From: Kiritimatiellia bacterium
GTDB lineage: Bacteria > Verrucomicrobiota > Kiritimatiellia > CAIQIC01 > Lenti-01
Assembly (NCBI GenBank): GCA_050176815.1
Contig: JBFXHR010000011.1
Span: forward strand, 1,055-65,054
Direction of reading: 5' to 3'
Length of the DNA stretch: 64,000 bases
The notes beneath the pieces were generated by a model. The model saw only the letters and a list, made by a program, of their open reading frames with translations, ran no database searches and was not told the origin of the DNA. Position numbers and translations under genes: made by a program. Shown one piece after another: positions 10,551 through 17,740 of the stretch (positions are counted from its first letter, which is position 1; every line of letters starts with the position of its first letter).

Positions 10551-10578
10551 ATGTCGCATAATACATATTATGTTGCGT
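10551..10578. other. dif: candidate dif site (XerC/XerD chromosome-dimer resolution site)
   Basis: ATGTCGCATAA-TACATA-TTATGTTGCGT versus E. coli dif GGTGCGCATAA-TGTATA-TTATGTTAAAT. 19/28 positions are identical, and the inner 7 nt of both arms are perfect. It sits in an AT-rich patch within a 600-bp gap between convergent gene blocks. Confidence 0.6.
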
Positions 10579-10650
10579 TAATGGTCCGAAGGTCGACTAT
10601 ATGTGGTAGGACCCATTCGATGGCCGGCGTTTCAAGCCCGACGATAACTT

Positions 10651-10680
10651 TGTGGATAAGGCTGTTCATTCTGTGGATAA
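10651..10680 (+). promoter_or_regulatory. two perfect DnaA-box-consensus 9-mers (TGTGGATAA), same orientation, 21 bp start-to-start
   Basis: TGTGGATAA at 10651-10659 and 10672-10680, which is the reverse complement of TTATCCACA. An AT-rich 9-mer occurring twice within 30 bp is unlikely by chance in a ~65% GC sequence. Confidence 0.45.
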
Positions 10681-10971
10681 ACCCGGATCCAAGCTTTCGC
10701 ACGTCGTGGGATCCGGATGGGTTCTTGATGTGGCGTGGAGCGTGCTGTCCATGAAACGCATTGATTTCGGGGAAGCATGGGCGCAATTCCAAAGATCATC
10801 CATGGTGCCGTGCCGGCTCCGAGGCGGATGGGCTGGGATCAAGGGGACAAACGCCGCCCATCGTTCCTGGGATGGGATTATCGGGCGATGTCGCGGCGGA
10901 TTGGTCGCGGGAGTCGGGGATGGACACGCAGCAAACGGGGCCGCCAAATCCGAATCCGACCTTTTCGGTGT

Positions 10972-11012
10972 AGAAGAAAGGCGGGCGGGGGAAGGATCCC
11001 CTGCCCTGCCCC
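10972..11012 (-). terminator. probable terminator of the TRAP operon (GC-rich bulged hairpin)
   Basis: GGCGGGCGGGGGA / TCCCCTGCCCTGCC arms with bulges. On the minus strand it is followed by CTTTCTTCT. On the plus strand a T6 run follows 6 nt later, so it may act in both directions. Confidence 0.4.
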
Positions 11013-11040
11013 CTCCTTTTTTATTCCGGACTGTTCGGCA

Positions 11041-12303
11041 TCATTGAACCAAGGCGAGGCTCAAGGCGGGCCAATACGTGATCAGCAGGAGGACGGCCAG
11101 CATGAGGCCGATGAGGGCTAGCGAGGCGGATGCCAATTTCATGAGGGGCTTGTTGAGACGCATGGCGGCGATGAACAAATTCATCCCCACGGGCGGCGTG
11201 CTGTAGCCAATCGCCAGATTGGCGAGGAAAATGACGGCCAGATGGACCGGATGGATGCCGTAGCGGGCGGCCAGAGGTGCCAGCAAGGGAACAATGACCA
11301 CCGTGGCCGTATAGACGTCCATGACGCAACCCACCACCAGCAGAAACAGGTTGAGCGCAATCAAAAAGACCACGGGATGATGGATGCGCTCCCCCACCCA
11401 ATCCAAAATGAGTTGCGGCACCTCCTGGTCGATCAGGAAATTGGTGATCGCCATGCCCATGCCCAGAATGAGCAGGACCCCCCCGACCAGCACCACGGTG
11501 TCGCGGATGATGCCGGTCAGCTTCCGGACCGGAATTTCGCGATGGATGAGCACCTCGACGACCAGCACGTAGGCGGCGGTGAGGACGGCGGCTTCGCTGG
11601 CGACCAGCCAGCCTCCGTAGATCGCGCCCAGAACTACGAACGGCATGGGGAGCTCCCACTTGGCCGCCCAGAGCGCGGACCCGAGTTCGCGCCGCGCAAA
11701 CGGATGGCGGGGAATTTTTGCGTGGAGCCCGGCCCAGACGCCGTAGGCGCACAGGACGCCGACGGCCAGCAGCCCCGGCAGCGCGCCGGCGCGGAACAAG
11801 GCGTCGACGGTGACCTCTTTGGCGATGGGCTGCGCAATGATGGCGTAGAGGATCAGGGGCAGACTGGGCGCGAAAAGCACGCCCATGTTGCCGCCGCTGG
11901 TGATCAGCCCCAGCGCGGCTTTTTCGCGATAACCGTCCTTCAGCAGCGCCGGCAACAACAGGCCGCCCAGGGCCACGATGGTGACGCCCGACGCCCCGGT
12001 GAAAGCCGTCAGGAACGTGCACAGGACGACGCAGACCATGGCGAGCCCGCCGGGCATCCAGCCAAAGGCGGAACGCGTGATGCGCAGCAGCCGCCCGGAA
12101 GCGCGGCTGCCGGCCAGCACGTAGCCCGCCAGGGCGAACATGGGCAGGGCCTGCAGCATGGGCATGCCCGTCAGTCGCGTCAATTCGCCCACGACGATGG
12201 AAAAATCCATTCCGGTCGACCGATAGGCGATCATGGCCAATGCGCCGAACACGGCGAACATGGGCAGTCCCAAAAGGGCAAAAACGACCACGGCCCAGGT
12301 CAT
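11041..12303 (-). CDS. dctM: TRAP transporter large permease subunit
   Basis: Polytopic membrane protein of about 420 aa starting MTWAVVVFALLGLPMFAVFG. ATG at 12303 overlaps the dctQ stop (ATGA). The upstream part of ORF 11041..12708 was judged non-coding. Confidence 0.88.
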   Translation of the reverse strand: MTWAVVVFALLGLPMFAVFGALAMIAYRSTGMDFSIVVGELTRLTGMPMLQALPMFALAGYVLAGSRASGRLLRITRSAFGWMPGGLAMVCVVLCTFLTAFTGASGVTIVALGGLLLPALLKDGYREKAALGLITSGGNMGVLFAPSLPLILYAIIAQPIAKEVTVDALFRAGALPGLLAVGVLCAYGVWAGLHAKIPRHPFARRELGSALWAAKWELPMPFVVLGAIYGGWLVASEAAVLTAAYVLVVEVLIHREIPVRKLTGIIRDTVVLVGGVLLILGMGMAITNFLIDQEVPQLILDWVGERIHHPVVFLIALNLFLLVVGCVMDVYTATVVIVPLLAPLAARYGIHPVHLAVIFLANLAIGYSTPPVGMNLFIAAMRLNKPLMKLASASLALIGLMLAVLLLITYWPALSLALVQ

Positions 12304-12839
12304 GGCGTCGTTCTCCCCTCCCCCGGCAGGCTTTCCTCGGTTTGAAAGGAGAGCCAAGCGGCGGGAAGGCCGGTGCGAATGGCGAAACGAAGCGCCATGA
12401 GCCAAAAAACGACGGGAATAACCAGATAATGCTTCCAGACCGGCAGTCCCAGCACAACCGCCATGTCCATTTCGCGCTGGAAACCGACGTAGCGTCCGGC
12501 GGCCCAGGCCAGAAGGCCGCAGACGATCGCGGCAAAGATGGAGTTGGCGCGCGCCAGCCAGGCGGCCCCGCGCCGCGGCAGCAGCGCGGGGGCCAGATCG
12601 ATCGAAATATGCCGGCCCCTCCCCGTCGCCGCCAGCGCTCCGAGCATCGTCAGCCACAGCAACGCCATGCCCAGCAGCGGTTCCGCCCAGGTCAGGCCGG
12701 TGTGCCATACGTTCCGGAGAAGGATTTGCAAGGCGGCGAGAAAGACCATGCCGGTCACCAGCGCCGCCAAGATCGCCCGCTCGGCCCGATCCGTCCAGCG
12801 ACAGACGGCGCGGAACGCGTTCTCGCCCCGGCCGGTCAT
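12300..12839 (-). CDS. dctQ: TRAP transporter small permease subunit
   Basis: About 179 aa, four-TM DctQ-like. ATG at 12839 overlaps the dctP stop (ATGA). The ORF track extends it to 12881. Confidence 0.8.
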   Translation of the reverse strand: MTGRGENAFRAVCRWTDRAERAILAALVTGMVFLAALQILLRNVWHTGLTWAEPLLGMALLWLTMLGALAATGRGRHISIDLAPALLPRRGAAWLARANSIFAAIVCGLLAWAAGRYVGFQREMDMAVVLGLPVWKHYLVIPVVFWLMALRFAIRTGLPAAWLSFQTEESLPGEGRTTP

Positions 12840-13834
12840 GAACCGCGAATTTCCTTCAGGCATTGCTGGAGCAAATCCCACGACTCCGCGGAAAACACGA
12901 TGCCCACCACCTGTTGCAGCGCGGCCGCGGCGATCTGCTCAAAGGCCGCGCGGGTTTCCGGCGTTTCCTCGTTGACCTGCACGCCTTGCGCCCGCATGAA
13001 ATCCAGCGCTTCGATATCGCTCCGGCGGACCTTGGGCGTCAGCAGGCGGCAATGTTTGTCGACCGCGGCCTTGACTGTTTCCCGATACGGGGCCGGCACG
13101 GCGTTCCAGGCGGCGGAGGAAATGAAAACGCCGCCAAAGGCGTAGGTCAGGCGCATGGAATTGTAGTAGCGGACTCTCGTGTGCCACTGGACCGCGACGG
13201 AGGCCGTGGGCGGGCCGAAGACGGTTTCCAGCGAGCCGGTCTGGAGCGACGTCAGCACGTCCGTGACGTTGGCCGGAATCGAAACGATCTGCCCCGCGGC
13301 GAACAGCTCCATCAGCATCGGCGAATCCAGTCCCCACACCTTCGTTGCGCGCAGCGCCTCGAGAGTGCCGATGGGTTTCATGCCATAGGCGTAGCTGAAA
13401 CCGACCTCGGTCCAGCCCAGGGCTTCGTACCCGTTCGCGCGCGCGTTTTGGTCGAGGTACGGGCGCATCTTCTCCATCGACTGGTCGGCCTCTTCGTAAT
13501 TGCGGAACGCCATCGGAAACATGAGGGCGCCGGAGTCCGGGCAGATTTTGCCAATGGCGTAGCCCATAAACCCGCCGCCCTGGAGCTGGCCGGTCTTGAT
13601 CTTGAAGAGCACGTCTTTTTCGGAGCCCATGATGCCGCCGGGATAGACTTTCATCTTCACGGCGCCGGCCGTGGCCGTTTCGATCTCCGTTTTGGCGTCG
13701 TCGATGGCCTGCATCCAGATGCTGCCCTCCGGCGCCAAGGTCGCCAGCTTCAGGACCACCTGCGCACTCGATGAAAAGACGGAAAGCAAAAGAACGGCCA
13801 GGCTGGCCGCGGCAAGGAGTGGCGATCGCATCAT
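12836..13834 (-). CDS. dctP: TRAP transporter substrate-binding protein (DctP type)
   Basis: Signal peptide MMRSPLLAAASLAVLLLSVFSSSAQ followed by DctP-like sequence. An RBS-like AAGGCGGA precedes the ATG at 13834. The ORF track start at 13864 would overlap the tatT-like gene. Confidence 0.85.
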   Translation of the reverse strand: MMRSPLLAAASLAVLLLSVFSSSAQVVLKLATLAPEGSIWMQAIDDAKTEIETATAGAVKMKVYPGGIMGSEKDVLFKIKTGQLQGGGFMGYAIGKICPDSGALMFPMAFRNYEEADQSMEKMRPYLDQNARANGYEALGWTEVGFSYAYGMKPIGTLEALRATKVWGLDSPMLMELFAAGQIVSIPANVTDVLTSLQTGSLETVFGPPTASVAVQWHTRVRYYNSMRLTYAFGGVFISSAAWNAVPAPYRETVKAAVDKHCRLLTPKVRRSDIEALDFMRAQGVQVNEETPETRAAFEQIAAAALQQVVGIVFSAESWDLLQQCLKEIRGS

Positions 13835-13850
13835 GGTTTTCCGCCTTTCA

Positions 13851-14732
13851 TTAGAACAAATCATCCATTTGGCCGAGCAGCGACTGCGCCCGCATTTGGG
13901 CCACGGCGTTCATCAGCGTGAATTCGGGCACGTGGGGATCCGCCTCGAGAACCTGCTTCAAGGTGGATTCGAACAATTCCGGATCGAACGCGTACCGGGC
14001 GTAGAATTCGGCGAACGTCACGCGGTTTAGAAGATAGTCGGGGCCGGCGATTTCCATGCTGCGCTCGAAATGGGCGCGGGCCTTTTCAAGGTCGCGTCCC
14101 CCGCCGAGCGGCAGCACCGTATAGTAAATGCCGTAAAACTGGTCTACGCCGCCTTGGCGAATGTCCGGGGCGAGTTTCTGGACGCGTTCCATCAGGGCCA
14201 GCGCCCGGGACATCTCGCCCAGGGCGGCCGGCGAGTCGGAACTGGAAATGCTCCACATCACCCAGGCCAGGGCCGTGGTAAACAGGGCTTCGGCGTCTTT
14301 TTCCCCGAACCCGCGCAGGGAGCGGACGAATTCGTCGGGATCGACGGAATCCAGCGCGCGCGCAAAGCGCTTGTTTTTCGACAAGGCCCGTTGCCCATAC
14401 GTCTTGGCCTTGAAATACATGGCCTTCGCCCGTTCCTTGTTCGTCTTGTCCACGAAGCCGGTGGCATAGGCCATTTGGGCGTCCGCCGCCGCGACCAGGA
14501 CGGCGGGATTGTCCGGATGCGCCGCCGCCAGCGCGTCGAGCATAAGCAGGAACGAAGGGGCGCCTTCGCGGACGAGTTCCACGTCGTTTTGGTGCATGAG
14601 GCCTTCCGAAAGCTGGGAAGCCACGGGGGAGATCACGCGGGCCGCGCCCTTGCGCAGCAAGGCGCACCCGCTGGCGAAGTTTCCGGCGACCAGGCAGGCC
14701 AGTGCGCAACACAGGCTTTTGAATGCGTTCAT
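13851..14732 (-). CDS. TRAP-associated TPR lipoprotein (TatT / T-component family)
   Basis: 293 aa. Lipobox NFASGC and a helical TPR-like body. Resembles the TatT component of TPR-protein-associated TRAP transporters. First gene of the tatT-dctP-dctQ-dctM string. Confidence 0.7.
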   Translation of the reverse strand: MNAFKSLCCALACLVAGNFASGCALLRKGAARVISPVASQLSEGLMHQNDVELVREGAPSFLLMLDALAAAHPDNPAVLVAAADAQMAYATGFVDKTNKERAKAMYFKAKTYGQRALSKNKRFARALDSVDPDEFVRSLRGFGEKDAEALFTTALAWVMWSISSSDSPAALGEMSRALALMERVQKLAPDIRQGGVDQFYGIYYTVLPLGGGRDLEKARAHFERSMEIAGPDYLLNRVTFAEFYARYAFDPELFESTLKQVLEADPHVPEFTLMNAVAQMRAQSLLGQMDDLF

Positions 14733-14776
14733 GGGGAATCCTTCCTACCATCCCCTCCCCCGCCAAACAAGCAAAA

Positions 14777-15565
14777 CTAGGGGTCGAGCAAGCCGGGAAA
14801 TGCCGCGCGCACCCGTTCGAGGTTCTCTGCCGGCGCGGATTTTCCGCGCACGATTTGCAGCAAGGCCAAGACGTCCCCTCCCGACACCTGGAACGTCCGA
14901 TCGCATTTCCGCAGGCGCGCGGCGGCGGTCCGATAGGTCAAGGGCTTGGGGGCGGTTTTTTCCGGCGGCGCGCGCAGCGCGGCCAGTTCGGCCTCCGCGG
15001 CGGCGCGTTCCTGTCCCGGCGGAGCCGCGAGAATCCGCTTGCAGATCGCCTTGGCCTTGGCCCAGCTGATTTCCCCGTTTTCCAGCAGGCGCCGGATCCG
15101 CGCGTCCATTCCCGGCGCATAGCGCAGGATGTCGTCGATCCACGCCGCGTTTTTGTCGAGGAAACGGGCGATGCGTCCCCTGTCCCAGTTGGCGTTGGCC
15201 ATGAAAATGATGGCGTCGAAATAGTCGGTGATGCGCGCGTCGAGGCGATCGGCGTTCAGTTTGAGATTCAAGGCCTGGATTTCGTCGAGTTCGCCGTGCA
15301 CCACGCGCACGTCCACCCGGTCGAAATAGCCGGGATTCTGCGCCCGGATGCGCCGGATGGCGTTGTGGCGGTGGAACCCGCCCACCAGATAGAACTCGCC
15401 CGGGTTCCGCTCCCAGACCACGATGGGCTCCAGCAGGCCGTTGCGCAGGATGTCCTCGGCGTAATGCGCCACCTTGGCCTCGTTCAGCGGCCGGTGGTTC
15501 GCCACCGACGGATGCAGGTGGACGTTTTCGAAGGGCACGTAGTCGAATCGCTTGGTCGTCAGCAT
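14777..15565 (-). CDS. ParB/Sulfiredoxin-fold N-terminal domain protein (orphan ParB-like)
   Basis: Starts MLTTKRFDYVPFENVHLHP. Contains LEPIVVW...FYLVGGFHRHNAIRR (ParB/Srx GGxHR-type motif) and a helical C-terminal half. No parA or parS was seen. Confidence 0.65.
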   Translation of the reverse strand: MLTTKRFDYVPFENVHLHPSVANHRPLNEAKVAHYAEDILRNGLLEPIVVWERNPGEFYLVGGFHRHNAIRRIRAQNPGYFDRVDVRVVHGELDEIQALNLKLNADRLDARITDYFDAIIFMANANWDRGRIARFLDKNAAWIDDILRYAPGMDARIRRLLENGEISWAKAKAICKRILAAPPGQERAAAEAELAALRAPPEKTAPKPLTYRTAAARLRKCDRTFQVSGGDVLALLQIVRGKSAPAENLERVRAAFPGLLDP

Positions 15566-15705
15566 GAAATTTTCCTTTGGGGTTCCGGCGCACTCTAGCG
15601 GATTGCGCCGCCCGGTGAAGACTTTTTTTGGGCCGTTCGCTTTCATCTTTACTCTTCGCCCCGTTCGCCGCTACATTCCGCATTCATCCAAGGGCTCGAC
15701 GAAAC

Positions 15706-16095
15706 ATGTTTACCAAAACGATCACTCCCCGGTTCGGCGACGTGGACGGATTGCGCCACATCAACAACACCCGCCTGCCCATTTGGTTCGAACTGGGGCG
15801 CGACCCCTTCTTCCGCTATTTCAATCCCGACATGAGCTTCGAGAACTGGAATCTCATCATGGCGCACATCGACGTGGATTTCCTCGTGCCGATGCTGCTG
15901 GGCGCGGACGTCGAGATCCGCACGTTCGTCGCCAAAATCGGGACCACCTCCTTCACCGTTTGCCAGGAGGCCTGGCAAAACGGCCAACTGGGGGCCAAGG
16001 GGAACGCCGTGGTGGTCCACTACGACTTTAAGAACCGCAAGCCCCTGCCGATTCCGCCGGACGTCCGCGCGCGGCTGGAGGAGCACGTCCGATGA
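15706..16095 (+). CDS. acyl-CoA thioesterase (4HBT / hotdog fold)
   Basis: 129 aa. The N-terminal RFGDVDGLRHINN motif is typical of YbgC/4HBT thioesterases. Confidence 0.75.
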   Translation: MFTKTITPRFGDVDGLRHINNTRLPIWFELGRDPFFRYFNPDMSFENWNLIMAHIDVDFLVPMLLGADVEIRTFVAKIGTTSFTVCQEAWQNGQLGAKGNAVVVHYDFKNRKPLPIPPDVRARLEEHVR

Positions 16096-16433
16096 ATCCG
16101 CGCGGCGGCATGAGCGTAGTCGAACTGACGATCGCGGCGGCCCTGCTGCTGCTGATCGCGGCGATTTCGGTGCCGGCCCTCCAGCAGAACGTCCGCAAGC
16201 GGCAGGCCGCCGTCTGCGCGCAGAATCTCGAAGTCCTGGGCAATGCCTGCCGGCGGCAGTTCCAGGACCACGGCGCGCCGGTCAAATTCGAAGATCTCGT
16301 GCCGGACTATCTCGACGCCGTGCCGGCGTGTCCCGCCGGCGGCGTCTATTCCTGGAGCGGCGGAACGGACGCTCCGTGCTGGTGTTCCGTTCACGGCCGC
16401 GCCCTCGAACCCGCCCCGGAGTCATCCCCATGA
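16092..16433 (+). CDS. prepilin-type N-terminal cleavage/methylation domain protein (pseudopilin-like)
   Basis: N-terminus G/MSVVELTIAAALLLLIAAISVPAL with a Cys-rich C-terminal part. ATGA overlaps both the thioesterase stop and the pyrH start. Confidence 0.65.
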   Translation: MNPRGGMSVVELTIAAALLLLIAAISVPALQQNVRKRQAAVCAQNLEVLGNACRRQFQDHGAPVKFEDLVPDYLDAVPACPAGGVYSWSGGTDAPCWCSVHGRALEPAPESSP

Positions 16434-17149
16434 AGAAAGCCCCATACCGTCGCATCCTCCTCAAGCTCAGCGGCGAAGTCCTCCGCGATTCCGCTTCGGG
16501 CGAATGCCTGTCCGATGCCATCCTGGCCGAGATGGCCGCGCAGATCAAAGCCGTCCGTCGACTGGACGTGCAGGTCGGCGTAGTGATCGGCGGCGGCAAC
16601 ATTTTCCGCGGCATGAAGGGCCAGGACCGAGGCTTCGGCCGGGCCCACGGCGACAACATGGGCATGCTGGCCACGATGATCAACAGCCTGGCGCTGCAAT
16701 CGGCCCTCGAAGCCGCCGGCGTGCCGGCCAAGACCCTCTCCGCCAGCGCCATGCCGGCGTTGTCGGAACTGTTCACCTTTCGGCGCGCCATCGAACTGCT
16801 CGAGGCCGGCACGGTCGTCCTGATCGGCGGCGGCACCGGAAATCCGTTTTTCACCACCGACAGCGCGGCCGCCCTGCGCGCGGCCGAAATCGGCGCGGAA
16901 GTCCTGCTCAAGGCCACCAAGGTCGACGGCATCTACGACGCCGACCCCGTGAATAACCCCCAGGCGGTCAAGTTCGACCGCCTGACCTACTCCGAGGCCC
17001 TCGCCCGTCGCCTGAAAGTCATGGACGCCGCCGCCTTTTCGCTTTGCATGGACAACCAGATCCCTATACTGGTTTTCGACTTCTTCAAGCGCGGGGAATT
17101 GCTCCGCGTGGTGCGCGGCGGAAAAGCCGGCACCTTGGTCACCGCTTAA
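16430..17149 (+). CDS. pyrH: UMP kinase
   Basis: 239 aa. YRRILLKLSGEVL, VIGGGNIFRG and other UMP kinase motifs. Confidence 0.93.
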   Translation: MKKAPYRRILLKLSGEVLRDSASGECLSDAILAEMAAQIKAVRRLDVQVGVVIGGGNIFRGMKGQDRGFGRAHGDNMGMLATMINSLALQSALEAAGVPAKTLSASAMPALSELFTFRRAIELLEAGTVVLIGGGTGNPFFTTDSAAALRAAEIGAEVLLKATKVDGIYDADPVNNPQAVKFDRLTYSEALARRLKVMDAAAFSLCMDNQIPILVFDFFKRGELLRVVRGGKAGTLVTA

Positions 17150-17167
17150 AACCGAAAGGAAAACGCC

Positions 17168-17734
17168 ATGTACGAATCCTCCGACGACGTCCTGCTGGAA
17201 ACCGACGACAAGATGGAAAAAGCCCTCGCCCATCTCCAGCAAGGGCTTTCGGGCCTGCGCACCGGCAAGGCCTCGCCCAGCCTCGTCGACCACATCACCG
17301 TCGAGTGCTACGGCACGCAGACCCGCATGAACCAAATGGCCCTGATCAGCACGCCCGAGCCGAGGCTGATCGTCATCAAGCCCTACGACCCGTCCTCCCT
17401 CCCCGCCATCGAAAAGGCCATTCTCGCCGCCAACGTGGGCGTGACGCCCCTCAACGACGGCCGCATCATCCGCGTGCCGATTCCCGAACTGAGCGAAGAG
17501 CGCCGCAAGGATCTCACCAAGGTCGCCAACCGCATGGGCGAAGAAGCCCGCGTGGTTCTGCGCGCCGTTCGCCACGAGGCCAACGACGCCGTCAAGGCGC
17601 TTCAAAAGGCGGCGTCCATCAGCGAGGACGACCGCGACCGGGCGCTGGAAGAGGTGCAGAAATACACCGACGCCTATTCCAAAAAGGTGGACGAGCTGAT
17701 CGCCGCCAAAGAAAAAGACATCATGGCCGTCTGA
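17168..17734 (+). CDS. frr: ribosome recycling factor
   Basis: 188 aa, canonical RRF sequence, immediately after pyrH. Confidence 0.95.
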   Translation: MYESSDDVLLETDDKMEKALAHLQQGLSGLRTGKASPSLVDHITVECYGTQTRMNQMALISTPEPRLIVIKPYDPSSLPAIEKAILAANVGVTPLNDGRIIRVPIPELSEERRKDLTKVANRMGEEARVVLRAVRHEANDAVKALQKAASISEDDRDRALEEVQKYTDAYSKKVDELIAAKEKDIMAV

Positions 17735-17740
17735 TTGGCC

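Noticed and set aside
10540-10680. Interpretation of the AT-rich patch plus DnaA boxes as the chromosomal origin (oriC).
   Set aside because: Flanking genes converge on the site rather than diverge. My spot G/C counts go from G-rich to C-rich on the plus strand, which is the terminus sign. No dnaA/dnaN is nearby, and the AT-rich element matches dif arm geometry. It is kept as the alternative hypothesis to test, since only whole-replicon skew can settle it.
10580-10970. Possible tmRNA, RNase P RNA, SRP RNA or 6S RNA in the large intergenic gap.
   Set aside because: I found no tRNA-like ends or a tag ORF ending in the usual Ala-Ala. There is no GAGGAAAGTCC-type RNase P motif and no SRP domain IV motif. 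The gap cannot be assigned to any known RNA family by eye.
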